A stretch of DNA of 64,000 bases, from positions 18,602,001 to 18,666,000 of the forward strand of contig NC_087252.1 of assembly GCF_037042905.1 (NCBI RefSeq). The letters are read 5' to 3'. This stretch comes from Lytechinus pictus. Taxonomy: Eukaryota. The notes below the pieces were generated by a model. It worked only from the letters and a program-made list of their open reading frames with translations. It searched no databases and had not been told where the DNA came from. The position numbers and the translations under genes were made by a program. Position 1 is the first letter of the stretch, and each line of letters begins with the position of its first letter. Of the stretch, positions 40,176 through 53,589 are shown piece after piece.

Positions 40176-41856
40176 CATCCCACGGATCCGCGCCTGAACG
40201 ATATCAGGGTATCAAATAAAGGATGACCATGCACGCAAAAAAATACAGTAAATAATTCTAGGACGAGCTCCGGACAGGTAATAATAATAATAATAGGCAT
40301 TTATATAGCGCCATCTCTCTAGAAATATTCTTTTCCGCGGCAACGCCAACATCGACAAATGTCAAAAACTAATTTACGATCGCGATCAACGATGTCAATG
40401 AATGAAATAACGGACGACCACGGGAAAATAATATTAATATAAAAAGGGCCCTTTACGCCGATGTCAGTGTGTATTCGAACATGATGAGTGATTTGGTGAA
40501 AAAAATTAAAGATCCCAGTTATCATCCCTGAGTTTTTAAATCTTTGAGACATTTTATCCACGATCAATGATGAAAAAACGGCCTTGAAAACCTATGCTTG
40601 ATATGAGATTAAAATCGCATATAAGTTTTGAACGAGTATGTCAATTGCTTGCTCTTGCTTCGACAAAGATTACACGGGTGAATACCCTAGGGAAAACACC
40701 CTAGGAGTGCCATGAGCCTAATTACATCAGGACGGCTAAAGATATTCGTTCGACCCAACCCATTCGATTTTTTTCAATTTGATATTGCTGATTGACAAAA
40801 GTGTATGAATATGATTCAAAATCTAACACTGATTCTAGAAATGGTAACTACTGAACTTCCTTTGCCCAAATTGGGAAGATATATAAATGATTTGGAACTA
40901 TTTTTTGACTGGCGGAAGAATTGGGGCTATTTTACTGTTTCAGTTGATGAATTTGATCCCATCATAGTTATCTTCATAAATGGCAATTTATTTTTAAAAT
41001 GAGCTGGCTACAATACCCTTCTCTGGTCAGATATGGAATGTCAGATATATATCCTATCCAAAAGTAGTAAACATTCGACCCTCTAATTTCACATTAATTT
41101 GCCATTTTAACACACAAGTCTATGGGGAATGTTTTACGCGCGTGACACCTACATGTAGGGTATCAACCGCAGACATATGCCCTCGTCCACTCCCCTCAAA
41201 TGCCCGCTACGGGCTCCCGCGTTCACCGTAGGGCTCGCCGTGTCGTTTCCCGCGGCCGGCACTCTTCCTATCCTTATCGTGTATTCCATCAAGTTCTCAA
41301 AATATCCCATTTCAGGTCAGATTGACAAATCTTATCAACTAGCACTGCACGTTTGAATTTTGATTGATGCGATATATATACTATGAATTCTACAACGAAA
41401 ATCCCCTTTTCATGATTTTTTTCTTTAAATATTTGAACTCGAGCTTCGCTATCGCATTAATATATTAATTTTTTTATATACCTGTCTTCTTCATAATCAT
41501 AAACATTGCTCAGAATGTTCAATTTTCAGGACTTAATATATGAAATCTCCAAAGATTTGAGTTCACGCTCGCATTATCAGGGATCATGATATACAATTAC
41601 GTTTTTTATAATAATAAAGCTAAGAACTAAACTGTTAGGACCACGGAAACCAACACAAATGAGCTTTTAGCTGCTGTCCCCCCTTATTGGCAATAGCCGG
41701 ATCTGCCAATATAGATAGGCACACTTTCCACACAACATAATATTAGGGCAACTCTTACAAATTAATTTGAAATTTGAAAATCAATAATCTTCAGGGTTAA
41801 GAAATAATAACTTCAAACCTAAAATTAGTTTCCTTTCACCTAGTGGCATAATGAGC

Positions 41857-43040
41857 AAACAAGTGGAACGCCTCTGGCAGTCTCGCCTGCATTACGCGAT
41901 TTTAATATCGCAGCAGTGCTAACTTTGAAAACTACTATAAAATAATCATTCACAAAAACACCATTCATATAATGACATAATACCACGTTCATTGACCATA
42001 AATGACATTTGAACGGTGACTTAAGACTTGTCAACTACACCCATGTCCACATTTCATTCACTCTTTCTATACACTTTCAAAGTTGTGATGGCAATTCAAC
42101 AATTACCCCAACATGGCCTAAGTTTATTGACCTTAACTGACCTTTGACCTTGGTTTTGTGACCTGAAACTCACAGGGGATGTTCAGTGATACTTGATTAC
42201 TCTTATATCCCAAGTTTTATGAACTAGATCCATAAACTTTCAGAGTTACGATGGTAATTCAACAAATACCCCCAACACGGCCAAAGTTCATTGACCTTTA
42301 ATGACCTTTGACCATGGTCATGTGACCTGAAACTCGTACAGGATATTCAGTGATACATGATTACTCTTATGTCCAAGTTTTATGAACTAGATCCGTAAAC
42401 TTTCAGAGTTAGGATGGTAATTTAACAAATACCCCCAACACGGCCAAAATTCATTGACCTTAAATGACCATTGACCATGGTCATGTGACCTGAAACTCGC
42501 ACAGGATATTCAGTGGGACTTAATTAACCTTATGTCCAAGTTTCATGAACTAGATCTATAAATTTTCTAAGTTATGATGGTAATTCAACAAATACCCCCA
42601 ACTTGGCCAAAGTTCATTGACCCTAAATGACCTTTGACCTTGGTCATGTGACCTGAAACTCAAGCAGGATGTTTACTAATACTTGATGAACCTTATGCCC
42701 AAGTTTCATGAACTAGGTTCATATACTTCCTAAGTTATGATGTCATTTCTAAAACTTAACCTTCGGTTAAGATTTTGAAAATAATTCTCCCAACATGGTC
42801 AAAGTATATTGACCCTAAATGACCTTTGACCTTGGTCATGTGACCTGAACCTCAGGCAGAATGTTTAATAATACTTGATTAACCTTATGTCCAAGTTTCA
42901 TGAACTAGGTCTATAGACTTTCTAAGTTATGATGTCATTTCAAAAACTTAACCTTAGGTTAAGATTTGATGTTGACGCCGCCGCCGCCGTCGGAAAAGCG
43001 GCGCCTTTAGTCTCACTCTGCTATGCAGGCGAGACAAAAA
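41857..43040. mobile_element. Helentron/HINE-like non-autonomous element with internal ~163-bp tandem array
   Basis: Asymmetric subterminal inverted repeat GTCTCGCCTGCAT / ATGCAGGCGAGAC, A-run ends, 5-6 units containing TGACCTTTGACCTTGGTCATGTGACCTGAAACTC. Confidence 0.7.
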
Positions 43041-43308
43041 TTGAGGGAGCTCGATATGGCGTATCGAGTAAATTCGCGAGCGAGCAAATATTTCAATATT
43101 TTTATTACAAAACTCAAATTTTGTGATAGATTTTGACGTAATCGGAAATTAATATGATATTTCATAATTATCTCTTTCCTTTTTTCTTCGTGGTGATCTA
43201 TTTTTTGGGAGGGAGCCCTGCATTTATTTTAACAGTGTACATGATCTTTTTGAAAACAAACACATGTCCACTTTAGATACATTTTCCAGTGCTATGGATT
43301 ATATATAG

Positions 43309-46300
43309 CAGGGGTTCTCAAACTTTTTCTTTGAAGGGCCAGATGAGACTCCAAGTAAACCTGAAAGGGCCAGGACAGGGTCAAGTAGATACTTAGAAAA
43401 AAAATGTGCGCGAAGCGCAAAGCCCCTTGCGACCGGGGTCCTAGATTCTCACTTGTGCAATCTGGCCCTTATTTTGGGAGCATTTAATCCAACAAATTTA
43501 TAACAGTTTCATGTGGAGCACAGGCAAAATTAGAAAAGATTTCAAAATACAGCGAGAGTCAATAGTGATAATACGAAAAAATGTGGTACTTTTAAAAAGG
43601 AATCTAAATTGTACCTATACATACCTGGTATTGAGGAGACAGATAATGTCTTGAAGTATCAATATTTTTTTGTAGTAAAAGTAGATTGAAGAATAGAGTA
43701 TATATATGTCTCTTGTAGACTCTAATAAGGGTGTCAGTCTCCTAGTCACTTTCAATGGGAAAAGTGACACTGTCTGTCAGCAACAAGTTGCTTGAACCTT
43801 GGCACAAAAGGTGTAATTGCCAGACGAAGGCATTGGTGCAAATTTTCACTGGTCAAGGTGCTTCGGTATGAGTTCTTTAAAATGTTCATTGTGGAAAATG
43901 CACTTTCGCACCTGTATGTAGATCCAAACATGGTGAGAACAGCGATAGACACTTTGTGCAATGTTGGAAATGATGTTGCTGGAACCATCTTTGTCCAGAA
44001 AGTCACATGATCACACCTACTCTCCTTCAGAGCCAAATTCTCCTGGAGATCAATCATTTCTGTCTGCAGTTTCCCAGCGTTTGCCCATGGGAAGATGCTT
44101 GTGGTCTCTCTTGAAAGTTCCACAAGGTCCTTCACAAGGAATGGTGACCCGATGCAAAGCAGTACTTGCTTCCCTACACAAAAGTCACTGAAGCGAGATT
44201 TGAAATTGTCAGCCAATTTCTCCAGGAATGAAACATGGTCATGATGATGATTGCCATTAGTGTGACCCAGTAGAGTTGGAAAATGGAGATGTGCCTCTGT
44301 GATGTCATTCTTGAAGAGCTCCAGTCGCCTCTCAAAAGAACGCACAGCTGTCATCAGGTCACACACAGTACTGCCCTGACCTTGGAGCTTGAGATTAAAC
44401 TCATTCAAATGAGATGTTATGTCCACCAGGAAAGCCACAAGTTCCATTTTGTTGTCATCACGGAGATAGTCCAGGAACTGCCTGGCTTTGGCAGTAGTCT
44501 GCTGTGACAGAAACATTTCAAGGTCTTTCTTAATGGCCCAGAACCTTCCCAGGACCTGTCCCTTACTTAGCCACCTTACATTGTTATGAAGGAGTAAGTC
44601 ATCATAGGATGCATTGACCTGGTTAGAAAAAGGGAATGATAAGTTTAATAATTTGTGATGGACCATTCTTCATACAGGTGCTTATTCTATTTGTTGATAA
44701 AGTTTACATTTCTTCCTCCCTGGCCTCTATCTACTTTTTCCTTCAATATTATTGGATTTTTTTTGGGTTTGAACTTGTAACAAAAAAGATCTGGAGGTAA
44801 TGTATCTCTTTATGTTCTTGTATTTTATGTGAATTTATTTCGCATATTCTGAGATGTTTTATAATAAATTGTACACAAATATTTTCGATTTATTCCACAC
44901 CAGGTCCAGATATTTTTCATACTGAGATATACTTAAAAATAATACAAATAATGACGAATAACCAATGTCTTGAAATAGATAAGTATTCTCTTCACCTCAT
45001 TCAGGAATGATCTCAGGAGACGATGCTGAAGTGCAGAAGATGCTCTCAAGTAGTTCACTAGTTTCATAATGGTTTCCATTACATCTGCGTACTCATTCCC
45101 AAGACTGGCACATAATACTGACTGGTGTATGATACAGTGATAGGACAACATGTATGGTTGATGCTCTTTCAAACGGCTAACAACTCCCTTCTGTCTCCCA
45201 ATCATGGCTGGCGCACCATCAGTTGCAACTGACACAACTTTCTTGATATCGATTCCTCTGTCTCGTAGCATCTCCATGATGGCTTCATAAATATCCTCTC
45301 CTCTTGTACGACCAAGCAGGGGTATTAGGCCAAGTATGTCTTCGCAAATTTCAGCTTTGGCCTTACTGAAGTATCTGACGAAGGCACAAAGTTGTGCTTT
45401 ATCTGTATTATCAGTTGATTCATCCAATGCAAGGGCAATGTATTCTGCATTCTTCAAATCACCAGTCAGTTGCTGCAGAACATCATCCGCCAGTAGTTCT
45501 GTTCTCCGAGTAGAAGTGCTGTTGGATAGTGGAATTTGTTTGAATTTATCTGATAAATCCTGTCTTTCCTTCCCTGTAAACATGGAATCAACAACCTCAT
45601 TCAAACATTCCTTGACTAGTTCTGAATCGGAAAACGGTTTCTTGTTTTTACCCAGAACCCAGGCCACACGGAGGGAAGCTTCAGTTGCTTTTTGTTGTTG
45701 TGTCACACATCTAACAAACTGTCTGCTGGAAGATTCATAGGAAGATTTCAACTGATTTATTTTAGTATCCCTTATCTCTGTGTTCTGTGGGTATTGTTGC
45801 TCAAATCGGTTGTGCTTGGAATCGTAGTGACGCTTTAAATTAGCATTTTTAGAAACACTGACAGTTTCGGAGCAAATCAAACACATCGGCCTTGTGCTCG
45901 ATTGCGGCAAAATGAATGCATACTTGTCTGTCCATTCTTCATTGAAAACACGATTTTCAGCATCCACCTTTCTTTTCTTTGCAGAATTTGATGCCATCTT
46001 GACCTGACTAACAATTAATGATGACTAGTGTACCCCTGAGAAAATCCGCAGAACTCAACCAGCAATCAAGTTTACGTTATAAAGCAAAATTGATCGCAAG
46101 CCATGTGCGAATGTGTGCGCACGTGTTTTCAAATGCAACGTGTTATCAACGTTTGATGTGAAACTACTTTTTCAATTTACCGCAGGTGATCAAATAAGAA
46201 AGTAGAATAGACAGAAAAGACTACACTAAACTTTTTTTTTAAGTCAAATTTATTTGACTGCCATTACTTTTATTACGGTTAGGTCTACATGGATACACAA

Positions 46301-46445
46301 TGTAATCATATTGAGCTATGAGCTATGTTTCATATTTTTACTTAAAAGTGATAAAAAAAAAAAAGAAACAGCAGGGTCTCGCGGGCCGGATTGAGGAGCT
46401 CAGCGGGCCGGATCCGGCCCGCGGGCCGTAGTTTGAGAACCCCTG
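43309..46445 (-). mobile_element. Full-length hAT DNA transposon (Buster/SPIN/Charlie group)
   Basis: Perfect 16-bp TIR CAGGGGTTCTCAAACT, perfect 8-bp TSD ATATATAG with central TA, GCGGGCCG subterminal repeats. Confidence 0.95.
43752..45997 (-). CDS. hAT transposase (GTF2IRD2/EPM2AIP1-like), two exons 45997-44996 and 44618-43752, ~622 aa
   Basis: BED-like CLIC..RHY..H, LDESTD, TDGAPAM, HCIIHQ, VRWLSKG, FGSTYRCESAFS; a phase-0 GT-AG intron at 44995-44619 joins LNE|VNASYDDLLLH. Confidence 0.92.
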
Positions 46446-48154
46446 ATATATAGAGTCAAAGGCTAAAACGTAGCAAATTTTAGCAGAAATAATAGCACAT
46501 TTATTTAAAAAAATAAAAAATTTCTACATAAGCTTATGATATATGCCAAAAGCCAATAGTTAGTTTTATTAGACTAGCAGGAGGACCACGAAAGTTCACC
46601 ATCCTCGTGTCAAAAGCCGTACTCCTAGCTTTTCTATTCCTAAAATTGATTTCCGTGAATGGATATAAGTGCAAAACAGTTTGTGGGCGTGTAGTGGGTG
46701 TGCGTGAGTGTGTGACTGTATGTGGGTAGGGAGTATGTTCGTGGATGGGAACTCATAATCATGTGCCGGTTTGGTTAAAATATCCCATGATTATGTGATT
46801 ATGTGATTATGTGACGGTTTTACATACTTGTGAATGAATGTAGCGACAAGACGAATTATAAAATAACTATCATTTTTATAGTGAGGAAATGGTCAAGGCA
46901 AGCAGACCTTATATATAAAGTTACAAGAAATAAAATTTCTGTTAACTGAGGTACTGACCATGCCACATCTACACCACACGAACTGCAATATGAAAATCTC
47001 GAAATAAAATAAATTTAGCATTCATTTGGTCACCTTACAGCTCACTAAATGTTGACAAATGATTTGTACCGGTTATAACAATCGAATCATCACATCAGGT
47101 AAGGAGTATAAATATGTCAGGGCAATCATCTAGTCAGGATTACTCGTAAGCACTATAGTGCAAATCTCATTATCAAAGATATAGTGAATAATTTATGAGA
47201 TCATGGACAAAATCATCATCCTGGGATATGATAAATTCAAACTTAAGAAAACTGTTTGACAAATTTCATAGCATTCAGATTACGAATATAATTCTGTTTT
47301 TTATAGACTTTATCCCTGACAGACAACTATTATATGTTATACAAGGAATGTAATGTGTTTGTGATCTGAATAAGCACTCGTGAAAAGAGTCACATTAACA
47401 ATTAAAATCATCGGCATCAGATACAAGTTTTTACTACATGTGCACTAACGGCTGGGAGTGAATATACAAAGATTTCTCATTGTATTTTGCAAGACGTGGA
47501 AAATCACTAAATAAAGAGTCTATGGCCCGTATTCTGATAGCAGGTTTAATTGAACCCTATAGTCTAAAGCTAACCGTTGTTTAACTAAACCTCATCTTGC
47601 AATGATACGCGTTATTATTCAATTCATGTATTTTGTGTTAATTACTAAGATATTTCACTCCCAAACTGAGTAACTTGCAGGTTTTTTAATTATCTGTCCC
47701 ATTAATTGCTTTTCGGGTATTGCTTGTCAAACTCTGATCTAACCCAGTTTCTAGATCTAACAGAATAAATAAAGATATTGTCATCTTTAATCTAACTTTA
47801 AGTTAGGGGTAGATCTAGACCTAACTAGTTTTGGGTCTAACATTAGGCCTAGATCTAGCCTAGGCCCTAGATTTAGACTAGATCAAGCCAAGGTCTAACC
47901 GTTTACATCACATGTTCACATCACATTAACAGTTAACCCAGGGGCCGGAGCCCAGGACTCGTCCCGTGTAATACTAAACAGACAAGGGTATTCTAAAAAA
48001 TGGGGTAGAATGGGGTCGCAATAGCACTTCAAATAAATTGTGGGAAAATAAATTATGCACTTACCTCGATTATATGGATGAAGGTCTATTGTGACACAGA
48101 ATCGTGACATCGAGGCACAAACTGGACCCTCAAAGAAAGGAAAAGTAACACCTC

Positions 48155-48310
48155 GGTCACATTTGCTCTACGGCGGCCGTACAGCTAGTCGAAAACAGCC
48201 GTTTTAACATTTGTTGTACCAGCTACATATACATGTAGGTGGTTTGAATTAAAACTAATAACACGGCTGTTTTCGACTCGCCGTACGGCCGCCGTATAGC
48301 AAACGTGACC
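48155..48310. mobile_element. Small palindromic MITE
   Basis: GGTCACATTTGCTCTACGGCGGCCGTAC / GTACGGCCGCCGTATAGCAAACGTGACC. Confidence 0.75.
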
Positions 48311-48626
48311 AACGTAAATGACCTCCATGTCGTGTTCGTTCTCGGTATCGATCAGCCATTTTGTTTTCAATTTTGAAAGAAGGAGAACGAAAGTGACAGA
48401 ACTGAAAACTTATGAAATAGTTCAATCATAAGATTTTCATCTAGTTTTCTTTATAGAATATACTGTTACCATGGCAACACAATTTTTAACACATGCAAAA
48501 AAAAATGTGTCTGGCCCATTTTCTTCTGAAAGACTAATTTCTGTGTCAAATTTCATGAGAATTGGTTGAAAACTGATGAACTAATTCAAATTACAAGATT
48601 TTCACCTAATTTTGGCTATTTAATAT

Positions 48627-51112
48627 TGTGGCGTAACCGAGCTCTGTCGGGGGTAGCGTTCTGCCGTCTCGCAGTCTCCAGAACCCGGTCGACGCTTCTC
48701 CTCACTTTTATATCTCTTTTTGGGCAGGTTCGCTCACAAAAGTCTATTGTGGAACGTGGTACACTCTCTCACTCCTCTGAAATACACCGGATCACCCGCT
48801 CACTCACCCTAAATCATGCAAATGAAGCAACTTGGAAAGATATTCAGTATACAGTTCAACTTGATTTATTCGGAGCTTACATCTTACAACCGCACGCCAC
48901 CGCAGCTCCCAGCGAACTGACGTACTTCTCCAATAATCGCAAAGCATATCACAACTAAAATATCGCCCTCTACGATTAAACTATGAAATACATCTTAAAG
49001 GTATAACTCGTTATGCTACACAGCCCCTCCCCAAGTCTGGGCTGTCCTCGGACCAGGTATTAACAACAAAGCATAAACATGAATTTCTTTAAATGTTATC
49101 TCGCTCTTCCCAAGAATTATAGAAAACATTAAAACAATGTTAAAAATATACAGGTATATACATTGGCATTGTACATAAAGGAAGTACCGTTCGTAACAAC
49201 CAAAATAATCTATATACAGAAATAGATAGAAAGAGTAAAGAGAGTAGCATTGAGATCAGGAAAATGTCAAGAGAATTACATAAGAAAGGTTAGAAAATAG
49301 GAAAAGGAAGCATGGAAGCAAAAAATATAAAGAATACATCAAGGCATAAAACAACATGTTGAATACAAAATTCAAATGCGTCAGAGTCTGACTGTTTCTG
49401 GCACAAAGTAATATATAGCGAAAGTTCTGTCCAATATCTATTCTGCGGATTTCTATTATAGTGCTAGAGGATTCCTTCTTGGGAGTTTCTTCAAGGCGCA
49501 TGTCTAGAACTACTTTTCATCATCTCGATCTCTCTCTACAAAGACTTCTTTGGAGGCCAAGGCGTTACCCTGTCGTAACAATCAGCGGATGTGCATCCAA
49601 CGCAATTCCTTCGAACTATCTATCTGAAGAACAACATCACATGCCAGGTTACATTCCGACCTTGGTCACACTCCTACTTCCTGAAGAGTATGTCTTGCTT
49701 CATCTCCAGCTGTGCATCCTCCAATAGGACTTCTCCACACTAGACTTTGAAGCCACCGTTGACCAATCGGGCCGGTCGACTGACTGATGCTCTGCTTCCA
49801 AGATCTACCTGATCGAAGGTTCTTTCTGTTGGTATCTGCTCATTGCTAATGTCTAGTTCCACGGTAACCACCCTTGCCTCTGCAAAGATCCAACCAAGTG
49901 CCCGATGATCCGTCTTGATCTCCGCCCATAGAAGTTCTGTTGCACCTCCGAAATACTACCATGGCCCATGACTCCTTTTGAGCCCCATAGTAGTTTTTTA
50001 TCTGCTTTCTGAATGCAGTACCCCACTAGCATAGGATATGACTTGCTCCTTCCCGACATAGGACAGCTCCAGTTCCCTCGTTGCTAGTATCTGCATATCC
50101 AACAAGTACTTCTCTTCGACGTTCAGAGATCCCCATCTCCACGCTGCACTCATCCTGCAAGGAATTTCAGATCCATTCTTCATAGCCACTCGTCGTAGGC
50201 GCTATACATTTACATGTATAGGCGCTATCCACGCTGTCGTCTACACACCGACTCAATAGGCGCTATTCACCCACGTGTATAGGCGCTATCTCCGCCACAC
50301 ACACTCAAGGCGCTATTCACCAACGTATGTAGGCGCTATCTCCGCCACACACACCCAAGGCGCCATTCACCAACGTGTGTAGGCGCTATCTCCGCCACAC
50401 ACACCCAAGGCGCCATTCACCAACGTGTGTAGGCACTATCTCCGCCACACACCCCCAGGGCGCCATTCACCAACGTGTGTAGGCACTCTCTTCTTGCCTC
50501 TCTCCAGGCACCCTTCCTAGCCGCTATACATTAACGTGCATGGGCGCTACCTCCGCCACACACACTCAGGGCGCTATTCACCAACGTGCATAGGCGCTCT
50601 CTTCTTGCCTCTCTCCTGGCAATCTTCATAGGCGATATACGTGGCGCTCCCTGTAATACAGGCGCCTAAGTTGTCTGAGCTTCCAATACCACGTTGTTCA
50701 ATTCCACCGCGGCCACCAGTGTGGCGTAACCGAGCTCTGTCGGGGGTATCATTCTGCCGTCTCGCAGTCTCCAGAACCCGGTCGACGCTTCTCCTCACTT
50801 TTATATCTCTTTTTGGGCAGGTTCGCTCACAAAAGTCTATTGTGCAACGTGGTACACTCTCTCACTCCTCTGAAATACACCGGATCACCCGCTCACTCAC
50901 CCTAAATCATGCAAATGAAGCAACTTGGGAGATATTCAGTATACAGTTCAACTTGATTTATTCGGAGCTTACATCTTACAACCGCACGCCACCGCAGCTC
51001 CCAGCGAACTGACGTACTTCTCCAATAATCGCAAAGCATATCACAACTAAAATATCGCCCTCTACGATTAAACTATGAAATACATCTTAAAGGTATAACT
51101 CGTTATGCTACA
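48627..51112 (-). mobile_element. Non-autonomous Gypsy-like LTR retrotransposon
   Basis: LTRs 48627-49020 and 50720-51112 (TG..CA, about five differences by eye), TSD ATAT, minus-strand PBS TGGTGGCCGCGGTGG (tRNA-Leu-like), PPT GGGGAGGGG; no pol. Confidence 0.92.
50197..50670. repeat. ~49-bp minisatellite in the LTR element leader
   Basis: AGGCGCCATTCACCAACGTGTGTAGGCGCTATCTCCGCCACACACACCCA-type units. Confidence 0.85.
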
Positions 51113-53589
51113 ATATGTTGTTACCGTGGCTTTCTGATACAGGCATAAAATACGTAGTGCACATCTTCACCTCAAGACTAAAGTGTGTGCCATATTTCAT
51201 AAGAATTGGTCAAGAACTAAGGAAGTAGTTGGAACTGCAAGATGTTTACATATTTTTTCCATAATATAATGTTACCACGGTAACACAATTTTCGACACAT
51301 GCAAAAATGTGTCTTGTACATCTTCATCTCAAGACTATTGTCTGTTCCAAATTTCAAGAGAATTGGTTAAGAACTGAGGAAGTAGTTGGAACTGCAAGAT
51401 TTTTACATAACTTTTGTCATAATACACCGTTACTATGGAAACACAATTTCCGAAACATGCAAAAATGTGTCTTGCGCATTTTCATCTCAAAACTAATGTA
51501 TGTGCCAAATATCATGAGAAATGGAGGAAAAATGATAAAGTAATTCAAACCACGCGATATTTACCTAATTTTTGTTATTCAATAAACACATGCAAAAATG
51601 TCTCGCACGTTTTTACCTCAAAACCAATATGTGATTCAACTTCATGAAAATTGGTAGAAAACTTATGAGCGGCAAAACTTTGGCCATGATATACCGTTAC
51701 CATGGCATCACGATTTCAGAAAAAGTAAATAAAATGTTTCTTACACATCCTTAAGACCAATGTGTGTTCAAAGTTTCATGAGAATCGGTTAAAAACGGAG
51801 GAAGTAGCTCGAAATGCAAGATAGGTGTAAATTCTAAAAAAAATGTTGGCCATGATTTGTTTGATTTAGGCTTAACTAACCCCTGCGCGAGTCTAAGTTT
51901 TTGAGGATGTATTACCACACTTAGACCAGGGTTAACTTAAACCTAGATTTAAATATGGCGGTGTATTACCACACTTAGACTAGAGTTAGGTTAAACCAGG
52001 CTATCGGAATACGGGCCTGTCTGTTGGCGCTAACACACTCTAACTAATCTTACAAGATTTTGACCATGACAAATCCATGTTTAGGTTATTGCAACGTTAT
52101 ATCCCCTTCATCATGAGAGCATGGTTATAATACGTCCTTTTATGAATTGTATGATACCAATGACTCAATGGTTATAACTTTGGTCATAAACCAAGCAAAG
52201 TATCATTTGAATACACGTGCATGAATATGTGTGTGGCCAGTGAGGGGGTCATATATAGGAATTTTCATGGAAGCGGAGTATAATTTTAGTGAAAATATTA
52301 TTATTTGCACCCTGCTTGTTCACGTAATATATATTTTCCGTATTTCGTAAGAACAAGCAGGTTCTGACAATTTATCTGTTTAAGTGTATCTTTATATCAT
52401 TAACCCCCCCCAAAAAAACTGCATTTTAAGTGTAATTTTTGAAATGAAGTAATTCATGACATTTAGGTGATGACATCACTATGATCTCAGTAAAAGATGC
52501 GCCTTTTGCCATTCAAATTAATGCGCAAATATATTTAAGTATAAGTGCGCATAGCGATGCTTGAATTCGCATGTAATACGGCCTCGTATTACGTGGTTGA
52601 AATCAGCAAAAGACAAAAAAAAAAAATAGCAGGGGGACCTCGGCGACCCTGCACATGGCTCTGCGCTGATCGAGCTAGCCGCTCCTACCGGCAGAGAAGT
52701 TCAGGACTGACGTGCATCGGAACGATAAATCACAAATTTGAGGGTCTCCGGAACGGAGAAAAATAAGAATTTTTATATCCCTTACTGAAAATTTGTTGCT
52801 ATTTGATTGGTCGAGAGCCCTTCACGTGACTAATCATAATTTAACCAGAAAAATTAAATTCATCGGAGATCAAAATAGTTCGTGACAACAGAGTAACATT
52901 TATTTGTTTTTTGGCTATTTTGCGTCCAACTGGAAACCACGCAATCACTCGGGTACAGCTCACGACGGACTACCTTAACTGGGCAAGTCTAGTGATGCAA
53001 CGGCTCAGACGCTTTATCAGGGGTCTGCTGAGCGCAGCGCAAGCACATGTAAAATGCAATGTTAAGATGAATCATAAACTCCGATAAATAACTGTCAATG
53101 TGAAATCACGTCTTGCTTGGTTACAATGAATCTGTATGCTGAAAACAAAATTAATGATGGCCACCTTTCGATCATCGAATGATTTGGGCTGCTTGATTTT
53201 AGTTCACAACCGGTAAATGGAATTAATAGAAGATCGATCTCACTAGTCATGCTAGTACAGCCGCCGCGACGCGCAACACCGAACCACCCTGAGTGATGCT
53301 TGGGAGCCGACGGCAACAGCGCGAAGTCTACATGTATTCAGGAGCCGGCTAGCTAGCTTAGAATGATAAGCCAATTTTGCTTAAATTAGAGCTACGCCGA
53401 CCTAGATTTTGTCCAGATCATGTAGATGGTCAATTAAGAAAAGATAACCAATATTTTTCGTTTAAACTTTAATTATTGAAGGGATATAAAACAAATATAC
53501 TGGGCCTTTCTTTCGAAAGTGTAGTGGAAATATTTTATCGTCTGTTGGTCCGGCAATATTACTATTTTCGGCTTATATGAATCAGTCGT

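Larger units (their letters stand above)
36891..41263. mobile_element. TIR-bounded non-coding element
   Basis: 20-bp perfect inverted repeat AGTGCCGGCCGCGGGAAACG at both ends; no clear TSD. Confidence 0.55.
48400..51860 (+). repeat. Degenerate ~140-bp tandem array interrupted by the LTR element
   Basis: GTTACCATGGCAACAC..ACATGCAAAAA..TTTCATGAGAATTGG units at 48465-48626 and 51117-51850. Confidence 0.65.
47524..52017. mobile_element. Harbinger-like non-autonomous element hosting nested insertions
   Basis: TIR GGCCCGTATTCTGATAGC / GCTATCGGAATACGGGCC; flanks TAT and TGT. Confidence 0.65.

Noticed and set aside
48566..48958. Duplicated ORF (also 50641-51012)
   Set aside because: Both are translations of the two LTR copies
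47307..52130. Possible decayed second Ig exon split by the Harbinger-like element
   Set aside because: Good acceptor at 47306, but multiple stops and no intact Cys/Trp motifs
52770..53500. Crypton-like element (TTTTATATCCCTT / AAGGGATATAAAA)
   Set aside because: Only a 13-bp inverted match and no recombinase remnant; too weak to call
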